Positions 1 through 8,376 of a stretch of 64,000 nt of DNA are shown here, in pieces. The position numbers were made by a program, and so were the translations under genes. Where the stretch lies: NCBI GenBank assembly GCA_965649295.1, contig CBFGKH010000001.1, positions 256,001 to 320,000 of the forward strand. Direction: 5' to 3'. Source of the stretch: a candidate division WOR-3 bacterium (GTDB lineage: Bacteria; Hydrothermota; Tepidihabitantia; Tepidihabitantales; Tepidihabitantaceae). The notes below the pieces were generated by a model, which was not told the DNA's origin, did no database searches, and saw only the letters and a list, made by a program, of their open reading frames with translations. Position 1 is the first letter of the stretch; each line of letters begins with the position of its first letter.

Positions 1-2
1 AG

Positions 3-896
3 AATCTACCCGGAATTGAACCGGTGTTTGCCCCCAGCCGCGACAGCTGGGTCAGCTATCCAACAGTCGAACGGGCACTGGCTGTTGATGCCGACTATGC
101 GGTGCAACTGCTGGAGGACCTCCATCGGCTCGGTTACCTGTCGCGTCGGTTTCACGACCGGGTGGCCTGCTGTCCGGCCTGCAATTCCCAAGACCTCAAA
201 CTAACTAGCTCTTGTCCCAAGTGTGGCTCACCCCATGTTGGCCGCCAGCGCCTGCTCGAACACCGCAATTGTGGCTACGTCGGCCCGGACAGCGATTTTG
301 CCAAGAATGGGTCTCGAGTCTGCCCCAAATGCCGGCTTGAACTTCAGCTCATCGGCAACGACTATCAGAGCCTTGGCCTACGTTACCGCTGTCAGGACTG
401 CGGCGCCCTAATCGAGACGCCGATTGAACGCTGGCACTGCAACACCTGCCAGCGCAACTACGCCAAAGGCGACATTCGCGAGCTACTGCTCTACAGCTAC
501 GTCCTTGACCAGGCCCAGATTGCCAAACTGCGTGTCGAACGGATCCCCAAGGCTCGCGTGCGGGAGTTCCTCGCCCGCGAAGGCTACGAGATTCAAGAAT
601 CGGTCCAGATCACCGGTCGCTCTGGTGCCGAGCATCGCATTGACATCCTTGCCACCAAACGTTCTGGTCCGCTCGAACACCGCATCGTTATCGGCTTTGC
701 CAACGCCGAACAAGAGGTGGACTCGGAAGAGATAATCAAGCTCTACGCCAAGGCCTACGATGTCAACGCCCAGGACATCATCATGATCGCCTCACCCAAG
801 CTGTCCGAAGATGCCCGCCAGTTTGCGGCTCACTACCACATCCGCGTTTACAACGCCGACGAACTCGACAAACTTGAGTTCGGTCGGCCCAAGTAG
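3..896 (+). CDS. TackOD1-like multi-zinc-ribbon protein with C-terminal restriction-endonuclease-like (Mrr_cat-type) domain; 5' partial
   Basis: Frame is open to the window edge. Repeated CxxC pairs (CPAC, CPKC, HRNC, CPKC, CQDC, CNTC). C-terminal GYEIQESVQITGRSGAEHRIDILA...KAYDV resembles PD-(D/E)xK Mrr-like domains. Confidence 0.65.
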   Translation, partial: NLPGIEPVFAPSRDSWVSYPTVERALAVDADYAVQLLEDLHRLGYLSRRFHDRVACCPACNSQDLKLTSSCPKCGSPHVGRQRLLEHRNCGYVGPDSDFAKNGSRVCPKCRLELQLIGNDYQSLGLRYRCQDCGALIETPIERWHCNTCQRNYAKGDIRELLLYSYVLDQAQIAKLRVERIPKARVREFLAREGYEIQESVQITGRSGAEHRIDILATKRSGPLEHRIVIGFANAEQEVDSEEIIKLYAKAYDVNAQDIIMIASPKLSEDARQFAAHYHIRVYNADELDKLEFGRPK

Positions 897-906
897 CTCC
901 CGTCAT

Positions 907-934
907 TTGACAGTTACTGGCCGAACGCTACTCT
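907..934 (+). promoter_or_regulatory. sigma70-type promoter for lspA (leaderless)
   Basis: TTGACA-N16-TACTCT, ending 6 nt before the GTG at 941; no Shine-Dalgarno. Confidence 0.6.
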
Positions 935-940
935 CTAGTC

Positions 941-1447
941 GTGGTACGGCGATGGTTTATCTGGGCGGCGATTACCGCCCTCTTTCTTGACCAGCTTACC
1001 AAGGTTGCCGTTTACGGCGCCCTCCGTCCCGGCGAATCAGCCCGAGTGATTGGCAACCTGCTAAGGATAGTCCACAGCAGCAACGAACACGGTGTCTTCG
1101 GCATCAACTACGGCCCGCGGTTGCTCTACTTCATCCTGCCGCTTATCGGCTGTCTCCTCGTTGTCTTCTTTGCCCTGCGCAGCCGCGACCGCTGGTCGGC
1201 AACTGCCTACGGAATCATTCTTGGCGGAGCACTCGGCAACCTAGTTGATCGAATCCGGCTTGGTGGCAAGGTTATTGACTTTATTGACTTCGGCATTGGT
1301 GGCTGGCGTTGGTACACCTTCAACATTGCCGATGCTAGTGTCGTCATCGGTGTCCTGATGCTCCTTGGCCGCGAGTTTCTATTCCGCCCTCGCCCCAAAC
1401 CCGAAGCAATTGAGGCGACTAATGCAGCGAATCTACCTCGACAATAA
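941..1447 (+). CDS. lspA: lipoprotein signal peptidase II
   Basis: Motifs LDQLTK, NEHGVFG, GGALGNLVDR, VIDFI, FNIAD; hydrophobic segments. Confidence 0.95.
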   Translation: MVRRWFIWAAITALFLDQLTKVAVYGALRPGESARVIGNLLRIVHSSNEHGVFGINYGPRLLYFILPLIGCLLVVFFALRSRDRWSATAYGIILGGALGNLVDRIRLGGKVIDFIDFGIGGWRWYTFNIADASVVIGVLMLLGREFLFRPRPKPEAIEATNAANLPRQ

Positions 1448-2591
1448 CTCAACCACGCCGATTGACCCTCGCGTTGCGGCCGCACTCGAACGCTACATCC
1501 GGGAAGTCTTTGGCAATCCCTCAAACATCCACTCTTTTGGCCGTGAGTGCGCCGATGGGCTAGCCGAAGCCCGCGATGAGGTCGCCCGGTTCCTTGGGGC
1601 AACGCCCGACGAAATCTACTTTACCGGCTCGGGCAGCGAGGCTGATAACTGGGCAATCAAGGGTGTGCTTGCTGCCAGCCCTCCCCATCGGCAGCACATC
1701 ATTGCCAGCCCGATTGAGCACAGCGCGGTGCTCGATACTGTCCGCTATCTCGAATCACGCGGCGCCCGAGTCTCTTGGCTTCATGTTGATGGTCACGGCC
1801 TCGTTGACCCGGACGAAGTCCGACAGCTGCTGGCAGCCGACACTGCCCTGGTCACAGTGATGCTTGCCAACAACGAGATTGGCACAATTGAACCGGTCGC
1901 TGAAATTGCTCGCATCTGTCGTGAGGCGGGTGTGCTCTGCCATACCGATGCTGTGGCTGCCGCCGGCAAGATCGAAGTCAACGTCGCAACCCTTGGCGTT
2001 GACCTGCTTGCCATCTCCGGGCACAAGCTCCAAGCCCCGAAAGGTGTCGGCGCGCTCTATATCCGCAAGGGTACCAAGATCCATCCCCTCATTCACGGCG
2101 GTCATCAGGAACGTGGTCTGCGCGGTGGCACTGAGAATACCATCGGCATCATCGGCCTTGGCACTGCCTGTCGGCTACTTGCCACCGAGTGGCCGGCCAA
2201 CGCCGAACACGAACGCCGGCTTCGCGACCGGCTCGAAGCCGCCCTGCTTGCCCGGATTCCAGCGATTCGCATCAACGGCCATCCCACCCAGCGCACCCCT
2301 AACGTCTGCCACTGCAGCGTCGCCTACATCGAAGGTGAAGCCCTGCTGATGAGCCTTGACCTAGAGGGAATCGCTGTCGCTTCGGGCTCAGCCTGTTCCA
2401 GTGGCGGCAGCGGCCCGTCTCCCACGCTCAAGGCGATTGGCCTGCCGCCGCTCTATCTCAATGCGCCGGTGCGCTTCTCGCTCGGGCCGGGCAATACTGA
2501 AGAAGAGATTGACCGCACGGTTGCCGTCTTCGAGCAGGTTGTCGCCCGACTTCGAGCGATATCGCCACTCTGGCAAAACCGCTCCGGCTGA
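1422..2591 (+). CDS. iscS: cysteine desulfurase (IscS/NifS group I)
   Basis: Motifs IYLDNNSTT, GNPS, EHSAV, ANNEIG, SGHK (PLP Lys), SGSACSS (catalytic Cys). Start moved to ATG 1422 after GAGG. Confidence 0.92.
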   Translation: MQRIYLDNNSTTPIDPRVAAALERYIREVFGNPSNIHSFGRECADGLAEARDEVARFLGATPDEIYFTGSGSEADNWAIKGVLAASPPHRQHIIASPIEHSAVLDTVRYLESRGARVSWLHVDGHGLVDPDEVRQLLAADTALVTVMLANNEIGTIEPVAEIARICREAGVLCHTDAVAAAGKIEVNVATLGVDLLAISGHKLQAPKGVGALYIRKGTKIHPLIHGGHQERGLRGGTENTIGIIGLGTACRLLATEWPANAEHERRLRDRLEAALLARIPAIRINGHPTQRTPNVCHCSVAYIEGEALLMSLDLEGIAVASGSACSSGGSGPSPTLKAIGLPPLYLNAPVRFSLGPGNTEEEIDRTVAVFEQVVARLRAISPLWQNRSG

Positions 2592-2594
2592 GAA

Positions 2595-3014
2595 TCAGGC
2601 GTCGAAGATGACATGCGCCTGCCAGCCCGCCGGCGTTTGCTTCAGGCTATACTCGTGATAGGTCGGTACCTTCAGCTCTATCTTCAGTCCGTGCCGGTCA
2701 AGGTCAAATCGCTCGCCGCTGAGCACCGCCCGCAGCCGAGTGGCTGTCACCTCTTCGAACTCTACCCGGCCAACAACAAAACCGCGCGTCGAGAAGAGAA
2801 ACAGCAACTCCCGCAGCCAGTCGAGCAGTAACTCCGCCTCGTCAGCCGCTGTCAGCGCAACCGTCAAATGCTCGCTGACCCGAACCTGCGCCAAATCAAT
2901 CATCACGTCAAATACACAGTAGGCGGCATTACGCAGTAGTTCGGCAAAACTGGCCCCATAGACCTCAACTCGGACGTCAGCCGTATGGTCAAGCAGCCGG
3001 TACTTCACAGTCAC
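2595..3014 (-). CDS. archease
   Basis: N-terminal YRLLDHTADV, LLDWLRELLF, KVPTYH, C-terminal VIFDA. Confidence 0.9.
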   Translation of the reverse strand: MTVKYRLLDHTADVRVEVYGASFAELLRNAAYCVFDVMIDLAQVRVSEHLTVALTAADEAELLLDWLRELLFLFSTRGFVVGRVEFEEVTATRLRAVLSGERFDLDRHGLKIELKVPTYHEYSLKQTPAGWQAHVIFDA

Positions 3015-4678
3015 TTCCGCCCCTTGCTACCATCATCAGCCAGCATCCGTTGCACCGGTACCACCAGCAGCCCAATTGCGGTCTGGACAACCGCCGGACT
3101 GAACCGCGCTGCGGCCAGCGCCGGCCGCAGACGCACGGCAATCTCACCGCCACCCAGAACTGGTAACGGCAGGCTGCCCTCATCACCGCCTGCCGACCGG
3201 GAACCATATTCTGCTATGACCTCATCACCGACAGTCACGCCGACCCAATCGCAGCCCAGCGCACCGGTCAGCAAGACCAGTGCCTCAACCACGTGCTCAC
3301 GCGGCGGCAGTCCCAGCGCCGTCAACCCAGAAATAGCCGTCAGCAGCGCGGCCTCTGGGTCCTGCTGGCAGTCGAGCTCGAACAGCAACCGGCTGGCAAA
3401 GCGGGCATCATCGGCCGCTCCCAGCCGCCGAAAAACACCGGCAGCCACACTCAGTTGTTCGCGAGCCGGCCCAGCCTCACCCTGCCTGAGCAGAAACCGA
3501 CCAAACTCAAATCGAGCTCGGGCCGATTCATAGCTCTCCTCACCAGAACCAAGAACTTCAAGAGTCTGTTCAAACTGCTGTTGGGCCCTGACTATCTCTC
3601 CGGCTTGCTCAGCCAGCAGGGCATAGACCAGCATTGCTGTCCCCTCCTCAGTCCGAAGCCCAAGCTCACGGGCCAGCGCCTGGGCGGCTGCTGCCAGTCT
3701 GCCAGCAGCCGCTGAGTCATTCTGAACAACCGCCAGCTCGGCCATCCGCAGCAGGCAGACAACCTCGCCGCGCCGGTCCTGCCCGCTCCGACAGAGCTCC
3801 AAAGCCTCGGCAAATGCTCTCTCTGCTGCGTCCACCTCACCCAATCTGGCCCGTGCTCGCCCCAGATTGACAAGTCCGTCCCGCAGTACCATCACGGTCG
3901 TAACCCGACTCCTGCCTGCTGCCACCACCTGCTCAAACAGCTCGGCTGCCGCCATCGCTCGGCCCCGTCCGAGCCATAGCTCGCCAAGCGCGTTCTTGGC
4001 ATAGGCGCCAATGTCTCCAAACCCATACTGATCACAGATGGCGATTGCCCGCTCCAGACACCCCACCGCGTCCTCCCAGCGCCCCAGTTGCCCAAGCACC
4101 AGTCCGATATTGACGTGCAGACCCGCGCCCGAATATCGGTCACCGGTCTCCTCATTCATCTGCAGGCAGGCCTGATAGTGCGCCAGCGCCTCCTCTAGCC
4201 GCCCCTGAAGCAAGGCGATATTGCCCAGTTCGTTGCGAGCCGACTGCACGCCTAGCGCATAGCCGGCCCGCTCTGCTGCTGCAACACAACGCTCGCTGCA
4301 AGTTCGCGCCTCATCATACTCAGCCCTGGCCAGATGGATTGCCGAAAGCAACGACCACGCCGATGCCTCCTGTTTGGCGTCGCCGGCAGCTTGGGCGAGC
4401 TCCAGTGCCCGCCGCACCTGTGCCCTGGCAGTGGCATCGTCGCCAGCCCGTAAGGCGATATTGGCCAGATGGCGACAGGCAGCCGCCTCACTGCTCTTAT
4501 CCCCAAGGCCCTTTGCCAGTTCCAGCGCCTCACGAGCCAGTGGCTCGCTTTCCAGGGCAGCGCCGTCTGAAAGCTCATCAGCGAGTGCCAGCAACCGGCT
4601 CAAACGTTCAGCCGGACTGGTAGCCGCTGCCAGCTCTGCCTGCAGCCGGGCTCGACGCTCTGCGCGCGTCTCAGCCAT
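3011..4678 (-). CDS. tetratricopeptide repeat protein
   Basis: Many 40-aa TPR-like units (e.g. NELGNIALLQGRLEEALAHYQACL, NIGLVLGQLGRWEDAVGCLERAI); 4-bp overlap with archease. Confidence 0.85.
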   Translation of the reverse strand: MAETRAERRARLQAELAAATSPAERLSRLLALADELSDGAALESEPLAREALELAKGLGDKSSEAAACRHLANIALRAGDDATARAQVRRALELAQAAGDAKQEASAWSLLSAIHLARAEYDEARTCSERCVAAAERAGYALGVQSARNELGNIALLQGRLEEALAHYQACLQMNEETGDRYSGAGLHVNIGLVLGQLGRWEDAVGCLERAIAICDQYGFGDIGAYAKNALGELWLGRGRAMAAAELFEQVVAAGRSRVTTVMVLRDGLVNLGRARARLGEVDAAERAFAEALELCRSGQDRRGEVVCLLRMAELAVVQNDSAAAGRLAAAAQALARELGLRTEEGTAMLVYALLAEQAGEIVRAQQQFEQTLEVLGSGEESYESARARFEFGRFLLRQGEAGPAREQLSVAAGVFRRLGAADDARFASRLLFELDCQQDPEAALLTAISGLTALGLPPREHVVEALVLLTGALGCDWVGVTVGDEVIAEYGSRSAGGDEGSLPLPVLGGGEIAVRLRPALAAARFSPAVVQTAIGLLVVPVQRMLADDGSKGRK

Positions 4679-4727
4679 AATCAGCTTCAGAATAGGTCAG
4701 CAACCAACCAAGTCAACGCTGCAACCA

Positions 4728-4753
4728 CAGCGGCGGCCTTACGGCCGCCGCTG
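4728..4753 (-). terminator. GC hairpin after the 4773-7898 gene
   Basis: Perfect inverted repeat CAGCGGCGGCC-TTAC-GGCCGCCGCTG; weak U tract. Confidence 0.55.
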
Positions 4754-4772
4754 GCAAGGTTACGAACCGCGG

Positions 4773-7700
4773 CTACCGGGTCACCACCAGGCGCTGGACC
4801 GACTGCCTGCCCGCCGTTTGCAGCAAGACTAGATAGACTCCACTGCCCACGCGCCCGAGGTCAATCGCCGCCGTGCCATACCCAGTCGCAACACAACGAC
4901 CGGTCACGTCGAAAACCCAAGCACCAGTCCCCTCTGGCAATTGGAGCTTTCTGCCAGACCCGATCGTCTGTGCCGAATACCAACCGGGCCAAAGGCCAGC
5001 CGAAACGCTACCCGCCTGGCAACCATCAAAGCCCTCGGTGAGCTCTTCCTTTTTGCACTCGTAGGACCAGACATCATCACAACCGCCGCCCTTGATTGCT
5101 GGCAACGATACCGGCACCCCAGGTCGGTCAAAGCCGGTGTAACCAGTGATATCGCCACCGGCTTTCACCCGCCAAGGCTTGCCGCCGCTCCGGCTGGCCG
5201 GCATTGAATCGAGCGGCCGCCATTGATTAGTGCTGATGTTATAGACATAGAACTCATTGGTGTTGCCGCCTTTCAGGGCAACAATCACTCCGTCGAGATA
5301 GAACCCCGATGACCCGTCCTTCGCCTTCCGCTTCTTGCCACCGCTTTCAATCGGAATGCCGGGCAAGGCGGTCGGCGCCCATTGCCTGGTCTCGATATTG
5401 AACGTCCAGAGCTCACTGTACTTCGCCTTGTGCGCATAGATTGTGCTCATACCATCGCAGACCACCCAGGAACCTTCAGCCCACTTCGGTTTACGTCCGG
5501 GCGGCGGGCTGGGTAGCACAGACCATACCATGCTATCAATATCAAAGCGCAGGAAGTCGTCCTCGTAGCCCTTGAGGAAGTAGATACTTGGTCCGTCCGG
5601 ACCCTCGGCATAGACCATTCCGCCGCCGCCTTTCACCGCCTTGTTCGAAGGTTCAAGCGGCACCGGTTCCAGTTCCTGCCAGTGACCGGTGAACACATCA
5701 AATCGGAAAAACTCCCGGGTATTGCCGCCCTTGACCATGTAGAGATAGCGATTGCCATCAGAACAGGCGGTGCCACCTTTCTTTACCTTTCGCTGACTGC
5801 TACCGAACGGCACACTTTCCAGTGACTGCCAGCTATCCTGGCGCGGGTTCCAACTGTAGAAGTCCGACGTGTTGTTGCCCTTGACCAAGTAGATAAGCCC
5901 ATTCCCAACATGGTAGGTAAACGAGGCACCAGCCTTCGGCGCTTTACCCGAAGGCTCAGCCGGCACTGTGCTTCGCCAGCGCCAACCGGTAACAATACTC
6001 ATCACCAGCACCGAGTCGCTAATCAAGTCGTTACTCGGATCGCGGTCGTTCGTCGCCTCGGTCACAGCATTCAGCCGATACCTGCCCGTGACAACGGGAG
6101 TCCAGGCTGTGCCGAAAGAATGGTCAACGCTGCCGTTCACCGGCACCACTCCGGTCAACTCCGCCACGTTATAGACCTGGTTCCAAGCCGAGTCATAGAC
6201 GACAAACCGCACCGGGATTGGACTCGGCGCAGTTCCGTAGTTGCTCACCCTCACCTGCGGAAACACCGGCTCCCCAACGAGAATCGTGCCCTGCGGTGCC
6301 AGAATCGCAGTCGCTGCTGCGTCAGAAACGCGCACGTCGCCGCGAGCCACTGCCGTATCATTGCGCGGGTCAATGTCAGCCAGCATCGTACTACAACGGA
6401 CCTCGAACGGTCCCACCAGCAGAGCGTTCCAAGGCGGAGCAAACGTCACCAGCCGCGACTCGCCCTCCTGCAGCATCGTCACCATCTGCGTCTGTTGATA
6501 GCCACCAGTGATAGTCAGCCGAACGGCAAACGACTCGGTAAAAGTACCCCAGTTGCGGACAATCACTTGCGGCGTAATCACTTCACCTGAGTCAATCAGC
6601 CCGACCGGCGTGACAATTGCCTGCACGCCGACGTCGTGGAAACTCGTCGGTCTGCCATCGCGGCAGTAGAGCTCGACACCACCGTCCCGACCCGGCCGCG
6701 AATCCCGCCAGACGACAACCGTTCGCGAAGCATAGCTGCCCGCGATTGACGGCAGGTCAGGATTGCTCCCAGCCGGCAATGTGGTCAGTGCCACAATATC
6801 GTCCCAGGTCCCGCTCGGATTGCGCTCCCGAAATAGAATCTGTGGGTTCGCCATGCCGATAAGCTTGCCGGCCCAGACAACGTGTCCTCGGCCGTCCGGT
6901 GTCATCGCCAACTGACAGCCACCCTGGCCAACAGGGTTGCCCGGCTCCGATACCGTATCTGCTGCACTCCAGCCTCCGCCTGAGCGGAACTTATGGATAA
7001 TACGTTCCGCCGTACCGGTTGTTGGCCTGCCCCGCCAGACCACATGCGGCTCATTCGTCAGGGGGTTACAATTAATCGAAGGCCACCCCTGCGGACCTGC
7101 CGCCTGCGAAACATTCTCCGGCACCGGCTGCCAGCTACCACCACTTCGGGCCAGATAGAATATCTGGAATAGTCCCGAACCTTCGTCAAATCCGGCGTAA
7201 GCAAGATGGACGCTGTTGTTCCTGGCTCCAGCCAGAACCGGATGCTGTTTGGCCGTTGGCGAAGGAACGAGCAGTTGCTCTGGTCCCAGCGGGAGGCCCG
7301 AGGCAAAACTACGATAGGCGATTGCCCAATTATCTATGTCCAACCGCTCAATCCAAACTAGATGTGCTAGCCCATCCGGTGTTGTCGCCAGCCCTGGATA
7401 CTCGCGGTCGAAAGGTGGCGGCAGTGTTGCTGCCGCGATGGTCGGCGACCAGCCGCCATTACCCAGCCCGGTTGGCACGCAGCTCTTGAGATATATCATT
7501 GCGGTCGAACCGATGCCGCCGACCCAAGCCACATACACCCGACCGGTTGAGTCAACGCTAATCACCGGATTGCGGAGGAGGGTATCGCTGATGTCAGAAC
7601 TGATAATTGTGTCGGCAGTCCACTGCTGAGTCAGGGGATTGCGACGGATGTAGTGAATGGCCTGTACTGGTAGCGCCGAATACCAGACAACGTGCACCAT

Positions 7701-7898
7701 CCCATCCGGCCCAATTGCCACGTTACGCTGGCCTGAGAAATCGAGCAGCTCCTCGTAGGAGTTGTTCGTGAGTTGGACCTCCGGCTGCCAAGCAGTCGAA
7801 TCCCTGCCGCCCGGCACCGGCTTGGCGACACCAAGCTCGGCGGCAAGAACTGGACCAGCCAGCAGCCCGGCAACGACGACCACGACCAAGCCTTTCAT
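4773..7898 (-). CDS. large secreted protein: beta-propeller, two CARDB/Ig-like domains, Kelch-like propeller, T9SS/FlgD-like C-terminal domain
   Basis: Signal peptide; GGAGG RBS; HVVW/HLVW repeats; HDVGVQAIVTP...DIDPRND; KGNNT/KGGNT repeats; tail VFDVTGR...GVYLV...QRLVVTR. Confidence 0.8.
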   Translation of the reverse strand: MKGLVVVVVAGLLAGPVLAAELGVAKPVPGGRDSTAWQPEVQLTNNSYEELLDFSGQRNVAIGPDGMVHVVWYSALPVQAIHYIRRNPLTQQWTADTIISSDISDTLLRNPVISVDSTGRVYVAWVGGIGSTAMIYLKSCVPTGLGNGGWSPTIAAATLPPPFDREYPGLATTPDGLAHLVWIERLDIDNWAIAYRSFASGLPLGPEQLLVPSPTAKQHPVLAGARNNSVHLAYAGFDEGSGLFQIFYLARSGGSWQPVPENVSQAAGPQGWPSINCNPLTNEPHVVWRGRPTTGTAERIIHKFRSGGGWSAADTVSEPGNPVGQGGCQLAMTPDGRGHVVWAGKLIGMANPQILFRERNPSGTWDDIVALTTLPAGSNPDLPSIAGSYASRTVVVWRDSRPGRDGGVELYCRDGRPTSFHDVGVQAIVTPVGLIDSGEVITPQVIVRNWGTFTESFAVRLTITGGYQQTQMVTMLQEGESRLVTFAPPWNALLVGPFEVRCSTMLADIDPRNDTAVARGDVRVSDAAATAILAPQGTILVGEPVFPQVRVSNYGTAPSPIPVRFVVYDSAWNQVYNVAELTGVVPVNGSVDHSFGTAWTPVVTGRYRLNAVTEATNDRDPSNDLISDSVLVMSIVTGWRWRSTVPAEPSGKAPKAGASFTYHVGNGLIYLVKGNNTSDFYSWNPRQDSWQSLESVPFGSSQRKVKKGGTACSDGNRYLYMVKGGNTREFFRFDVFTGHWQELEPVPLEPSNKAVKGGGGMVYAEGPDGPSIYFLKGYEDDFLRFDIDSMVWSVLPSPPPGRKPKWAEGSWVVCDGMSTIYAHKAKYSELWTFNIETRQWAPTALPGIPIESGGKKRKAKDGSSGFYLDGVIVALKGGNTNEFYVYNISTNQWRPLDSMPASRSGGKPWRVKAGGDITGYTGFDRPGVPVSLPAIKGGGCDDVWSYECKKEELTEGFDGCQAGSVSAGLWPGWYSAQTIGSGRKLQLPEGTGAWVFDVTGRCVATGYGTAAIDLGRVGSGVYLVLLQTAGRQSVQRLVVTR

Positions 7899-7921
7899 AG
7901 CGTCCTCCCATCACGAGATTA

Positions 7922-7985
7922 GCGGGACTAGGCCCGCGCACCCTGAGCCGGACCCATCAGTCAGCGTGCGGGGCCTAGACCCGCG
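7922..7985 (-). other. long imperfect hairpin in the 5' leader of the 4773-7898 gene
   Basis: Arms GCGGGACTAGGCCCGCGCAC (7922-7941) and GTGCGGGGCCTAGACCCGC (7966-7985). Confidence 0.5.
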
Positions 7986-8376
7986 CATCATAATCACCGA
8001 AGAACTTAGGGTTGTCAAGCCCAAAGAGTATTCACGAATTCCGACATTGAACCACAAAACCTGCCCCGAGCCTATCGGATATCAACAAAGGGACGCCTAG
8101 AGCGCCGAGCAAAAGGAATCTACTGCCTCCATCACCCTCTTTGTGCCATGGGTGTCCTGGTGGTGAGCTTCTATGTCGGATTAGGCCCTCTACCAGACTT
8201 GACAACGAGCCGACGTTGTTCAACAATGATGCTGTCGAGACTGGTCAGGACTCGTAGAGCGCATTGGGCAATTGTCTGCGGACGTGCGGCGCGAACGCAC
8301 GCATCCGACAGCCCGAAGGGCGGTGACTGCCGGACGCACAACTGACTGACCGCCCGGTTGTCCGAAGGAGGCCCAA

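Noticed and set aside
8260..8335. c-di-GMP-I riboswitch (GGCAA...TGCCG ends)
   Set aside because: No GNRA tetraloop/receptor or GACGCAAAGC core; kept only as an unnamed structured leader.
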